This document shows positions 26,031 to 39,700 of a stretch of 64,000 nt of DNA, in pieces. This stretch comes from the human T2T-CHM13v2.0 reference genome, Homo sapiens. The DNA lies in assembly GCF_009914755.1 (NCBI RefSeq), contig NC_060937.1. One strand, 5' to 3'. The position numbers and the translations under genes are program-made. Under the pieces are notes generated by a model, which worked only from the letters and a program-made list of their open reading frames with translations, was not told where the DNA came from and did no database searches. Positions within the stretch are counted from its first letter, which is position 1. Every line of letters starts with the position of its first letter.

Positions 26031-27429
26031 GCCAAGCCAATCACTCTCTTCTCAATATTATCCAATTCTCTTCAAAAAAGAAAAGCTATTAGTTCCACAT
26101 TAGTTCCAGGAACTGTTCTAGGTTCTGATGAATCAGTCAAGTCCACAAGAAGTTTAGATACTAGACAGGTAAGTAAATAATTATGTGATTTGGACTGTGG
26201 ATTATAATAAAGATTCTTAAAAGATGCTGGGAACACAGTAGAAAAAGTTCCGTTTCTCTGAAGATGTCAATGATAGAATGTTTCAGCTAGTTCTCAAAAC
26301 ATGAGCAGGAGTTCTTGAAGTACAGAAAAGGCAAGAAATATCCTTGCAGAAAGAATAGGGTAAATCAAGTCACAGAAATATGGCAACTTAGAGACATTGA
26401 GTTGGGGCTGGGTTGGGGGACAACTGGAGCTATGGAAGAGTCCTCTAAAAATGAATAAAGACCATTATCAATAACCTATTAAGAACAGAGTGCCAGGTTA
26501 CAGACACCATTCTACTGGCATGCTGACTAGAAATGAGAACAGCAAGTCCCCTTTTTGCTTATTCTAACCTGTCTTCGTCCAAGCTGACATCACTGTTCAC
26601 CTCCCCTTCTACGCTATCCAGGAGACATCAAATGTAATTGAACATCCATAGCAAGTTCTATGTTTGCAGTGAATGGAGTCATTCATTCTGGCTACAGGAT
26701 CTTCATTACAATTGCATGAAGCTTTCACTGTGGGCCATATTATGAGAGTATACTCGGTGCTGGCACAAGGAGAACTGCCTGGTAGAGCCAGTTGCAAATG
26801 TCATGTCCAGCTTTTACGCACAAAGGAAATGAGAGCTTTAAAAAAAAAAAAAATCCAACGCCCATTGCATTGTGATTCATCTTCTTCCCATCAGCACCAG
26901 GATGTCTCAGATTACATTGTCTGGCTCTCGGGAAAGAGAACTAGGACAAGGTTGAAGGGAAGGGTTGCCACTGTGGAGTCAGGGCCTCTCCTCTGAGGCT
27001 CCAGCTGCAGATAGCCACGGTTCCTGCTGACAGTCGAGCCAAGGTCTTCCCGAACGATGGCTGAAAAAGCCTTTGTAAAACAGAATGTGAACCCTGGAGC
27101 CTACTGCTCCTGGTGGGAGTCGAAGAAGGGAACAGTAGGAGCTGCCTGTAATTTTCTTTGTCTGTGGCAGCAGAGCAAGGGAAAGAAGTGTCACAAACAT
27201 GAGGGAGAGGAAGTGAGAGATCTTTATGCTGAGCCACTAAATTCACTGGAGGCTGAAAACCACAAAAGTAAGTTCACATAAAACACCACTTGGCATTTCA
27301 CCTGGTATGTTTGAGAACTTTGGGTGCAAGGATTTTTAAATTATAGCTGTCTCATCTGTAGACAGGGAGAAATGATCTTGTCTGAAAACTTAGGACCAAG
27401 CTATGGGGCCCTGAGTACCTACATCTGTG

Positions 27430-27950
27430 AGGGTCTAATTAGAGAAGCAATTTATTATAGAGATTTGACTTTAGAAAATTGAGGGAGCTGGTAAAACAGT
27501 TGTCTGCAAGGCCATTGTCTTTGCATTTGATGCTGGAGCTTGATGTCTGCTGGGCAGGCAGTCTGGAAGGAATGGGTGGATGTAAATCAAGTAGAGAGAA
27601 CAAGGAAAAGCTCAAACCATGTCAGTTTCTCACTGTCTCCTGCAGGAGAAGATGGACTCTTCTTCACTGAGGTAAATACACACCTGGGCCAGGAGTCAAA
27701 GAAGCTGAAAAAGGATGCAGGGGAAGGCACAGCAATTGCAGGTGAGGCTGCTGCCTTAAACACCAATGAGGTGAGCAGGCAGATGAGGAGCAAGGTATTT
27801 GAACCACAAAAGCACCCGGTGGCCCTACCTCAATATTCTAAGCATAAAAAAAATATGGCTGCTGTTAGAGTTTGTGCCCCCAAAGCTTGCACAAAAATGT
27901 ATCTTGTGGCACAGCTTAATTAGAAACAGACAGAGAAGGGGGTTCTAGGA
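27430..27950. mobile_element. Old ERVL-type LTR fragment (subfamily not assigned)
   Basis: ttattatagagatttgacttt..gggagctggtaaaacagt..tgcaaggccattgtctttgcatttgatgctgg resembles old ERVL LTRs, from memory only. Confidence 0.4.
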
Positions 27951-28050
27951 AATGCAGCACAGCCCTGTCAGTTCAACATGTTACAAAGCCACTACATGCC
28001 TTCAGAATTAAGTCATGACTTTAAATGGAAGGTAGATGGCGTATAGATGT

Positions 28051-28510
28051 TGTATTAGTTTCCAAGGGCTGCTATAACAAAGTAACAAAAACTGGGTAGC
28101 CTAAAAAAGAAATTTATTCTCTTATAGTATTAGAGGCTAGAAATCCAAAATCAAAGCATCAGCAAGGGCATGCTACCTCCAAAGGCCCTTCAGAGCCTAG
28201 GGAAGAGTCCTTCCTTGCCTCTTGAAGTTTCTGGTGGTTGTCAGCAATCCTTGGCATTCTGTGACTTGTGGCAGCCTGGGTCCTTTCTCTGCTACTCTCT
28301 TTAAATGGCCTTCTTCCCTGTGACCCTGTGTGTCTTCCCCTCTCTTATAAGGGCACAAGTCATACTAGATTTAGAGCCCACACTAATTCTGCATGACCTC
28401 ATCTTAATATAATTAATTATATCTGCAAAGACGCTATTTCTAAAGTAAGTCATATTCTGAGGTTCTGTATGGACATGAATTTTGTAGGGGACAGAATTCA
28501 ATCCAGTACA
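28051..28510 (-). mobile_element. MLT1C-like MaLR solo LTR
   Basis: tgtattagtttccaagggctgctataacaaagt...ggacagaattcaatccagtaca with TG..CA termini. Confidence 0.88.
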
Positions 28511-28824
28511 AGTGTTATAAGGGAAAATCTAGAACAGAAAATGAACAAAAATCTTTGAACAGTGGGATCAAGCAAAGAATGTGGGCGCTTATAAAAGGAG
28601 CGGCTTTGTTCCAAATAATGTGTTCAGGAGTGTAATTATGATATCAGTTAGACCCTAAATTTGTTGACATTATGTACAGAAATATCTATAAGACTCAAAG
28701 GCATGTGTTTACTGTTTTCTCATTTATCTCATTTATTTTCTCATGGAGCATACCATGTTGTTATTCAAAAGAGAAAGTATAGGCTCAGAGAGAGATTAAA
28801 TAGTATGCCCAAACTATGCCATCA

Positions 28825-29130
<306 letters not shown>

Positions 29131-29289
29131 AGAAAGTGGTGGAGCAAGGAACTGAACTCAGGAGTGTTAGATTCCACAGGGCATGTTCTTTTATTACCCT
29201 TATCATGTAACGGTAAATAACACTCGCTAAAGTGAATGCTAGCAAACTTCTTCAGGCCATCTCTTACTTATCCTTCGACGCTCATATTA

Positions 29290-29520
29290 AGTCTTCTCTG
29301 AAGATTCCCCTAACTGCCCAGGACAAAGTGAATTCCTCTGATCTCCCACATTGAGATCACAATTCCACTCTTGTCCTCATTCCATTGTATTATGTTATCT
29401 ATTTGCACATCTGTTTCCTGTCTTATGTGTAGCTACCATATCTTGCCACTGCAGCAGTCCCAGTACCCACCCACCCAGTGCCTTGAACATAATAGGAACT
29501 CAAATCTTGACTGATTAAAG
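29290..29520 (+). mobile_element. L2 3' end
   Basis: tctctgaagattcccctaactgccc..cccagtacc..cagtgccttgaacataataggaactcaa. Confidence 0.6.
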
Positions 29521-29783
29521 TCCTTCAAAGAAGGTGCTTCATTTTATAAAAATGTCTAGATATGTTATTCTGTAACCTTCCCCCATACACAATTCTCAGA
29601 CTTTAGAGACTCCAAACTCTTCTTTATACCAAATAAAATACTGCTACTTCAATGCAAATTCTTATTTCTTTTCTCTTTTCTGAGGATGTATACAACTGTT
29701 TTTGAAAATTTCCAAAAAAATATCAGGTAATTGTATGTGTCCATTTTTCTTTTCCTGGTTAAATAACTCAATTGATAATCTAA

Positions 29784-30334
<551 letters not shown>

Positions 30335-30874
30335 AATTTTATGCTATTTTTAAAATAGCATAAACAATTTTAACTATATTTAAACTATAGTTAACTATGT
30401 TAACTATACTAATGAACACACTTAAATATTTACCATTTTATTTTTGGTTTTAGGTCATCTCATAAGCTAAAAAATCCACATGAACCCTAGCCATGCTTTT
30501 GATTCTATTTTCTCCTGTGCATCTTCTCCATTTCTTCCTACCTTGTCTATAACTCTAGGAACAAGCATTTGCCTTCATTAGACTATCTCAATAACTCCCC
30601 AAGGAAACAGATCACCGTGAAAACTATACCAAAGAGGAAAAACAGTCAAGGCAAGACTAATTTGAGACCACCACCTGATCTGGGTCTTACTTACTCCCAT
30701 GGGACTTTCAACAGCTAAATTTTATTTTTATGTTTCTAATAGCCTTTCATCTGCTCAGTCCTGTGTTATCCACAGTAGAGGCTACAATGTCACAAAAGGC
30801 CAATGTATTTGAGTTCCATGGCCAGCTCTTGTTTCCTTAAATGTTTTAATCCATGCCCAGTGATGTCCTAGATT

Positions 30875-31035
30875 CTGGTTATTCAAAATGCAGTCCACAG
30901 ACCAGCAGCAGCATTACCTAGGCGCCTGTTCGAAATGCAGAATCTCTGCCCTGTCCTTAGACTTACTGTCGCAGAATCCACATTATGACAAGTCTTATGG
31001 TTAATTCACATGTACATTAATTTGAGATGCACATC
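30875..31035. mobile_element. MER5 (hAT-Charlie)
   Basis: tggttattcaaaatgcagtccacagaccagcagcagcattacctagg..aaatgcagaatctc. Confidence 0.75.
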
Positions 31036-31049
31036 TCCAGATAATTGGA

Positions 31050-31200
31050 AACAGCTGTGAGATAGAGGAAATAGGCATGGATTGGCATCAAAAGACCTAG
31101 GCTGGCTCTGCTCTATTTCTACTTGGGTGACCTTTGGAAAATCACTTTGCATTTCTGACCCTCAATTCCCTCAACTGTATATGAAAAGTGTAAAGTGATC
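31050..31200 (+). mobile_element. MIR fragment
   Basis: agacctaggctggctctgc..gggtgacctttggaaaatcactt..cctcaattccctcaactgta. Confidence 0.65.
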
Positions 31201-32299
31201 CAAGAGTCACTTGCATCACATTCTTAAGTCCTACCCTATAATTACTGAATCAGAATTTCTCAGAGGTTTACATTTTTAACAAGCTTCCCAGGTGATGCTT
31301 AGGTACATTTTCATTTGAATCACTGTCGTCAATAAATGTAAGGAACAGTCTTTTCTATGTCAACGTCAGTGCTAGTGATGTGTGCGTCAGTTCTAGTAAT
31401 GCCAAAAAGAGGAGCAGTAATTGGAACAATCTCTAAGTTGACATTTGTGCTATATTTTGTCTTCTGTCTTTAACCTCCATCATAGATGAAGAAGTTATAG
31501 CCTTTCCTTAAACTGAATCATAACAAGAGGATTGCTTTATAGGAGAACTACCAAGACTGGCAATCATTTTAAACTATTCATCCAAGACAAAGGAGCATGG
31601 TGCCTAGTGGGTTATTGTACTATCAGTGGCTATTCATTGCTCTTCTGATTTGTCTAAGAATATCAAAAAGGTTTCCAAGGAGATGTGGCTTTCCACTTCT
31701 CCTTCACAAGATGTTTCTACACCTGGCAGTTAAATGAAATGCTGAAAACCAAATGCTTTTTTCTTACTGCTGTGCAAGCTTTCTAGATCAAAGAAATCCC
31801 TTCAGCAGTCCTATAAAATTAAGTTAAGGAGCAAAATGATGGAATTCAACACTTAGTGAGCCTCTCCTCATACTGGTCACTGTTCCAGTTATTCTATTGC
31901 TACTGATTCAGAAAGTTTCCACTGCAGTTCTAGCAGGCAAAGTTTATTTGTTGCATTTTCTAGATGATGATGAGAATTACTGTTGGACACATTACTTAAT
32001 GTTTTTTGCATAGGTTTTATTCTGGGGTCCATTTCGCTCATTAGAATCTCAAAAAAATAAAAAAATAAAAACCCTAAAAATTAATACTCTAAGAGTACCT
32101 AAGTTACAATTCACTTAACATTGAATCTCATTTATTATTCTTAACCTTACAGTGTCATGCAACTTAATTCATGAAACATTATTTACTGTTTGTTTTGCTA
32201 TTTGGGCTATTGATATGTAGGGTGAGGGAAGACTACACATCACTAAATGATAATAGCCTGGGAAGACTGTCTCACATTTTTCATAGGCTATTAATAATA

Positions 32300-32850
32300 A
32301 GATGAGTACAAATAAATGTGTTCATATCATGTGAGATGGAATAAAAAATATGCTGTTAGGAAAGAGCCTGGGGAGTTTCCAAAGAAGGAAGCACTGGTAT
32401 CTGGCTGAGGGGACAGGCAAGGTATAGGAAAGGATCTCACTGTGCTGAGATGGAAAGTTGAGCACTGCAGGGAAAAGCTCACATAAGCAAAGGTAGGGAG
32501 GTCAGGAAGTTCAGGGTCTATTCAAACAAACAGTTAAGCTCCATTTGGTTGGTTTTGGTTCACTGTGGCCAAAGAAATATGCAGGAGAAACCTGCAAAGG
32601 GGAGATGATATTATGGTGAGCCTTGAATGTGAAGCCAAGAAGCATGTCATAGATTCAGAAGGTTTGGGAACTAAAGAGCATTTAGTTAGAGCTGCACTTT
32701 AAACTCACTCTGGCAGCACCATTTAGGGTGCTTGGAAGGGAAAAAAAGTCTGTGGACAGGGAAGAGGGCAATAGTCAAACCAAAGACCCTGAACAAGTGA
32801 AAGTGGAAAGGGGCAGTTGCCGTGAGAAACATCCCTGGAGCAGAACGTGT
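32300..32850 (-). mobile_element. L2 fragment
   Basis: ataagcaaaggtagggagg..gagccttgaatgtgaagccaaga..actcactctggcagca. Confidence 0.55.
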
Positions 32851-33134
32851 GCACCTTGCCAGGACACTGAGCAACAGCAGGAAGGAGGGAAGCACTCATA
32901 TCAACAAGAGGGAATGCAGAGGGGAAGCCACCTGTGGCCCCTGATGTCACCCCAAACCGCATTTATACTCCAGCTTGGTTCCATTTCCTTAACCTCTTTA
33001 AATCTGTAAACTCATTTGTAACACAGGAAGAATAATCTTACAGAGCTGTTTTGAGATGTGACTGAGCAAACTTGTAAAATGCCTCATTCAGAGCGCTCCT
33101 GATACCTTGGCTTCCTCCTCCTCCTCCTAAGTCC

Positions 33135-33297
33135 TCTTACTCAAATCATGGTGGATGGAGCAGCAGTGGCATCATGACCTGGAAACATGTTGGAAACGTA
33201 GATTCCCAGGCCCCACCCCAGACCCACTGAATCTGAATGTGCATTTGGACATTATCCCCCCAAATTTCTGCACATTAAAATTTGGGAAGTATTACCC
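33135..33297. mobile_element. MER5 (hAT-Charlie)
   Basis: gcagcagtggcatcatgacctggaaacatgttggaaacgtagattcccaggccccaccccagacccactgaatctgaa. Confidence 0.75.
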
Positions 33298-34424
33298 TAT
33301 GTAATCCTTCTAGAATGCTCCCCATCCAGGTCCCCCGGCTTCTCCCTGACTTCTAGCCTTAACGCTACCTTTCCTTACCCCACTTCTCACCCTCAAGAAA
33401 AAAATGAAAGAAAGAGAAAAAATGAAGGGAAAAAATATAGTAGAGCCCAGAAGAATGCCTTATGAGTATAATATAGAAAAAGTAATTTTTTTCTTTCAGT
33501 AAAATTGTCACAAGAAGGCATTTTTAAAATAGTTCTAAAATGTGAGTTACAGAAATGTTTGAAGAAAAATGATTTCCAAAGACACATTTAGTTGGCAGTT
33601 TCTCTGCTGTGTTTGTGGGGGGTGGGGACATCTCATTATTTTATCAGCACGCCCATAGTCAAGCTTTTAAAATGATGGATAAAAGGAAAATGCAGTGCTC
33701 TAGTGACAGTAGTAATCCAGTTTTATAAGGCAACAATCAGGACCTGTGGCTGAGAGAGAAGAACCCTTGATTTCGTGGATTAAGGATCAAACTCGGTTCT
33801 GAATGCCTTTGCATTTGGCCACCATTCAAACCAAAGCTTTTAGGCTCTTGACATTATGAAGCAACAACATAGTCAAAGATCAAAGGATGGAGAATTCTCT
33901 GCATGTCGGGGTTAGCTTGGCCTCTGCCAACACAGGTATTCTCTGCATAACATCAGCAAGCATAGAGAAACTACTAAGCTGGTGAGCTGGCGGCTCAAGG
34001 CAGCAAAAACAGACATTCTGATTCCAAGCACAGAGAGGACAGCAGGATGATCTCTAAGGCCTATGCCTGCGAAGGGGCATTCATAATAAGAAAGCGAGAG
34101 CCACAAAATGAACAGCCCTGGATCAACACCTCAAAAGTCTATCCAACATGGACCTAGGTCTACCCACAACAGTCCTCAAAATATTTTTCAAAATCTTTCT
34201 GGGACTATCCTACTGAATCCACTAACCCTGATAAGAATCAGCAACTGACAGAATATCCTCTGATTTTATTTCAGTATAAGTAAGTGAGAAATATGTAGAT
34301 TAAAAAGTATATGCAGTTGATTGAATACTATATTACAAGTAATGTAATTTTAGGTTATTAGTGATAGCACCACTGTAAAAGAGACTAAATAACAAGAATG
34401 GTGACAGTCTTAATAACTTCCCGG

Positions 34425-35186
34425 TGATACAGATAGGAAGCAAGGAAATACCGGGTAGAAGAGGGCAGTTCTCTGTTAAAGGCCCCAACCTTCAAGCCTG
34501 GAAACACACAACCCTAAATGGGAATAGGCATTCCTGGTTTCATGCCCAAATGTTGCCTTTTGGCTTGCCACGCTGCCCCCATCCTACACCCATACAAACC
34601 CCAAACTCCAGGCTCCACAAGCAGATAACCAGGCAAACGGAGGAGCAGAAGAGCAGCAGAGAAGGAGAGAAGAGGAGGAGCATCTGAATGTCAAGAGGAG
34701 TTTGGCTGGGGACAGTCGAAGAAGAGATTGGCCGCTGGATGGCCAAACTCCAGGGAAGATCATCTTCCCACTCCATCTGCCTTTCAGCTTTCCATCCATC
34801 CCACTGAGAGCCACTTCCACCACTCAAGAAAATCCTCATATTCATCCTTCGAGTCCATGTTTGACCTGATTCTTCCTGGACACCTGGACAAGGACCCAGG
34901 TACCAAGAGGGCATTGAGCTGGTTAACACTTAAGCTGTCCATGTATGGCAAGGCTAAAAGAGAACACTGTAACACATGCCCACTTGGGCTTCAGGAGTCT
35001 CAGGCTCCCACCCCTAGATACTCCTATGGGGCTGGAGCCCAGCGGTGCTCACTCCAGTTCCTGCACCTGCCCATCTACATGCTCCCACTCCTGTAGAGGG
35101 TTTGAATGCCAATGGCAGCTGAATAGACGAGCCACACCCCTGTCTCACATCCTCTGCAAGGGGGGTAAGGGAACTCTCCCATTTTA
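34425..35186 (+). mobile_element. MER50 (ERV1) solo LTR
   Basis: Starts tgatacagataggaagcaaggaaataccgggtagaagagggcagttc..aaaggcccc and ends agggaactctcccatttta. 4-bp TSD ccgg/ccag, consistent with CpG decay. Confidence 0.88.
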
Positions 35187-35578
35187 CCAGTGAGTTCTTG
35201 AGTGAGTTACAAGCTGCATTTTAAGTGCCCATAATGTTGTCAATGATGATAATCTAATAATTAATTTCCATTTATTGAGTAATTACTCTCTGTGGGAGAC
35301 TGTTATTACAAAATGTTGCCATAAGGGTGGTATATAAAATTTCCACTTCTATAAAATTGATAGGTGATAAAAGATGAACCTAGCCATCATATTTACATCT
35401 TTCAAACCACAAAGTCCTTTTCACTAATTAACACTGCCTCTGCTAAGTCGTCCTGCCTAACTGCATTCTCAGCCTTCTCATTTGTAAAATAAAGACCTTA
35501 TCTAGATCATCTCCCATGTCCTTTCTAGCCCTGACAATCTTTGATTCTCTGTGACCTTAGGTTAGTTGTATAGAGTAA

Positions 35579-35938
35579 CGTGATGATAAATGTTATGGGT
35601 CAATTTGGCTAACCTAAGCTATGGTGCCCAGTTATTTAGTCAAATATTAGTCTAGATTATGTGATAAAGATAATTCTTAGATGTGATTCACATTTATATT
35701 CAGTTGACTTTAAGTAAAGGAGAATATCCTTGTTAATATGGGTGGGCCTCATTCAGTCAAAGGACTTAAGAGCAAAACCTGAGGTTTCACAGAGAAAAAG
35801 CAATTTTGCCTCAGCTCTTAACTGAGATTCCAATATGCCAACCCTACAGATGTTAGACTTGCCAGCAGCAATTCCTTTAAATGTAGATATATATACATAC
35901 TATTTGTTCTGTTTCTCCAGAGAACCCTGACTAATGTA
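35579..35938 (+). mobile_element. MLT2D-like ERVL solo LTR
   Basis: ttatgggtcaatttggcta..ggtgcccag..gactttaagtaaagg..atgggtgggcctcattcagtca..ttctgtttctccagagaaccctgactaat. Confidence 0.82.
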
Positions 35939-36728
35939 AGTATGAAGTAAAATCATTTATAGATTTTGAATATGGTGTTTTGCAATCATTAGGCCTATAT
36001 TAGAGCACTAAACACAATCAAAAGTAGGTATATTGAAGCAACCTCATTAAGAAGGTGGAACAGGAAGCCCCAGAGCCTCCTTTTTCCCATAAAAACACTT
36101 ATTCAACAATACTTGACAAATTTTCTCTATGTAAAATCCAGAAATGAGCTAAGAGGCTCTTGAAACTCAGGTGAGTGTTAAACCAGCCCATATTGAAGGA
36201 AGAACTAAAAATGGTGGCATCATCTCACTATAGTTCCTTCCCCTTTGCACGGTGAAACTCCTATCTCCTGGCTTCTTCCTGGGTAGAGAAAGGAAAGACT
36301 GAACCATACATCCAATGTTCTGACTTTTGTCAGGGGACTGCAGAAGAGACCAGTTTTGGTTTCGCCTGTCTGGAAGTGCTGATGAAACCCAGCATATTCT
36401 AGATGCCTGGGAAACACTGATAACAAAAGAGCTGGGTAGTCAGCTGCTGCTCCAGAGAACCCACAGTATAGCAGACAGAGGTTGATACAGCTCTGTGATC
36501 TCTCCTTTAGGGAGAAAGAGAAGAGTAAAACATAGGTCTAATGTTCCAGCTTTTCAGGGGGCTACCTAAGGGACTGGTTTCTGTCTAGCCTGCCTTGGGG
36601 TACTTAGGGGACCCAACATAGTCTAGATGCCACTGAGGACAAGAAAGAGTGAGGAGGCATGTTTCAATTTCAAAGAACACATGCTACAGCAGACAGATAC
36701 CAGAGGAAGCCAGAAAGTATGAGCTTCT

Positions 36729-36795
36729 GAAAAAAAAGAAGAAAGAAGAAGGAAGAAAGAAGAAGAAAAAGAAGGAGAAGGAAAAGAAGAAACAA
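36729..36795 (+). repeat. Purine-rich (GAA)-like tract in the L1 5' UTR
   Basis: aaaaaaaagaagaaagaagaaggaagaaagaagaagaaaaagaaggagaaggaaaagaagaaa. Confidence 0.85.
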
Positions 36796-39700
36796 CAACC
36801 AGCTGATCTCTCTAATTGGGAATCTACATGCACAAGTTCAGAGAAGACAAAAACGCAAAAAAAGATTTGAGGGGGTCCCAAAATCTCTAGCCAGGCTGAT
36901 TGGTGAAGGTTGTTCCCTTTATGAAGCCAGTCCATAAAGACTGGGAGAGCTGCTATTTTTCAAGTGTAGGATACCCACAAAAAGTTACAAAACCAATGAA
37001 GAAACAAGGTGAAAAGTCCCAATTAAAGGGACAAAATAAATCTCTAGACACCAACCCTAAAGAAATGGAGATACATAAATTACCTGACAGGTATTCAAAA
37101 TAACTGTCAATAAAATGTTCAATAAGATAAAAAAGACACATAAACAAAATGAGAATTTCAACAAAAATATACATTTTTTTACAGAAAGAAGCAAATAAAA
37201 AATTTGGAGCAGAAGAATGCAGTTATTGAAGTGAAAAATTTATTTGAAGAGTTCAACAGCAGTCTTGATCAGGTACAAGAGAAAAATCAGTAAACTAAAA
37301 GACAGGTGATTTGAAATTATTCAGTCAGAGAAGCAAAAAGAAAAAAGAATGACAAAGATTAAAGAAAGCCTAAGGAACTTATGGGATACCACCAAGCAGA
37401 CCAACAAATACATTATAGGAGTTCCATAAGAGGAGAGAGAGAGATAAAGGAGCAGAAAACTTATGTAAAGAAATAATGGTTGGGAACTTCCTGAATTTGG
37501 GGAAGAAAATGGACATCCAGGTTTAAAAATCCCAGTGAATTCCAAATAAGATGAATCCAAAGAAGTTAACACTGAGATACATTATAATCAAATTGTCGAA
37601 ATTCAAAAACAAAGGGAGAATTTCAAAAGCAACAAGAGAATAACAACTCATCACATACAAAAAAACTCCATTAGACTATTAGCAGATTTCTTAGCAAAAA
37701 CATCACAGGCCAGAAAGAAGTAGGGTTATGTATTCAAAGTGCTGAAAGAAAACAAACTGACAATAAAATACACTATATCCAGCAAAACTGTCCTTCAAAA
37801 ATGGAGAGATGAAGACTTTCCCAGATAAGTGAAAGCTGTGGAAGTTCATCACCACTAGACTTGCCTAACAAGAAACACTAAAGGGAATCCTTCAAATTTA
37901 AACAAAAAGATGCTAAACAACAACACAAATGCATATGAAAATATAAAGCATGCTGGTAAAGGCCAATATATAAATAAATATTGAATTTTGTAATACTGTA
38001 ATAGTGGTACATAAATGACTTTTGATTCTGGTGGAAGTTATAAGACAACAGTATAAAAAATAACTATACTAAAATATGCTAATGGGTACACAATATAAAA
38101 AATAATATGTGATATCAATATCACAAGGTTGAGAGGAAGGAGTGAAGTGCAGAGTTTTTGTATGTGATTAAACTTAATTTGTTTCAGCTTTAACTAGACT
38201 GTTATAACTATAAGATGTTTTATGTAAGCCCTATGGTAACCACACAGAAAATACCTATAAAAAGGCAGAAAATAAAATGAAAAAGGAATGAAAAATTTAT
38301 CACAAAAATATCAACAAAACGCAAAATATTGCAAGAGAGAAAAAAAGGACAAAAGAGCTATCAGACACATACAAAATAATAACATGTGGTAGTATGGCTT
38401 TCTTTATCATTAATTACTTCACATGTAAATGGATCAAATTCCCCAATCAGAAAACATAAGGTAGTTTAATGAATAAAAATCAAACAAACAAGATGCAACT
38501 ATATGCTGTCTACAAAAGACTCACTTTATATTTAAAGACACAAATAGGCTGAAAGTAAAAGGATTTTTAAAAGATTTTTAAAAAGGACATTTCCTGCAAA
38601 TAGTAACCAAAAGAGAGCACAGCTGGCCATATTTATCTAGGCAAAATATACTGCAAGTCAAAAACTGTCACAAGAGACAAAGAAAGACATTATATAATGG
38701 CAAAGTGTCAATTTACCAGGAAAATAAAAACATTGTAAATATATAATGCAGCCAACATTACAGCACCTAAACTATGAAGCAAACATTGACATAACTGAAG
38801 GGAGAAATATACAACAACACAATAATAGTAGGAGATGTCAATACCCCAATTTAAATAACAAATAGAACATCAAAACAGAAGATCAATAAAGAAACACAGG
38901 ACTTGAATAACAGTAAGGAACAAATTGACCAAACATACATATACAGAACATTCCTCCCAACAGCAGCAGAATACACATCCTTCTCAAGCACACACAGAAC
39001 ATTCTCCAAGATAGATCACACATTAGGTCAAGAAAGAAGTCTTAACAAATGTAAGAACACTGAAATCATACCAAGTTTATTTTCCAGCCGCAATGTAATG
39101 AAGCTAGAAATCAAAAGCAGAAGTAAAACTGGAAAATTCACAAATATGTGGAAGTTAACACACTACTGAACAACCCATAGGTGGAAAAACAAAGTCAAAA
39201 GGGAAATTAGAAAATATCTTTAAACAAATGAAAATGGAAACATAGCATTCCCAAAACTTATGAGATGTAGCAAAAGCAAGACTAAGAGGAAAGTTTATCA
39301 TAATAAATGCCTATACTAGAAATCAAGAAGTATTTCAAATGAACAACATAATTCTAGATCTGAAGGAAATAAAAAAAAGAAAAACAAACTAAGCACAAAG
39401 TTACCAGATGGAAGGAAACAATAAAGATTAGAGCAGAAATAAATAAAATAACAATAGAAACATAATAGAAAAAAATCAATGAAACTAAGAGTTGTTTTTT
39501 GAAAAGACCAACAAAATTGACAAAACTTTAGCTAGACAAACTAAAAAAAAGAGGTGACCTAAATAAATAAAATCAGAAACAAAAAAGGGGACATAACAAC
39601 TGAGACCACAGACATCATTACAGACTATTACAATCAACTATAGTCCAACAAATGCATAAATTCCTGGACACATAAAACTTACCAAGAATGAATCATGAAG

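Noticed and set aside
26161-26174. Consensus donor CAG|GTAAGT at 26168/26169
   Set aside because: No convincing upstream acceptor, and it lies in an L2-like relic. Isolated donors are common.
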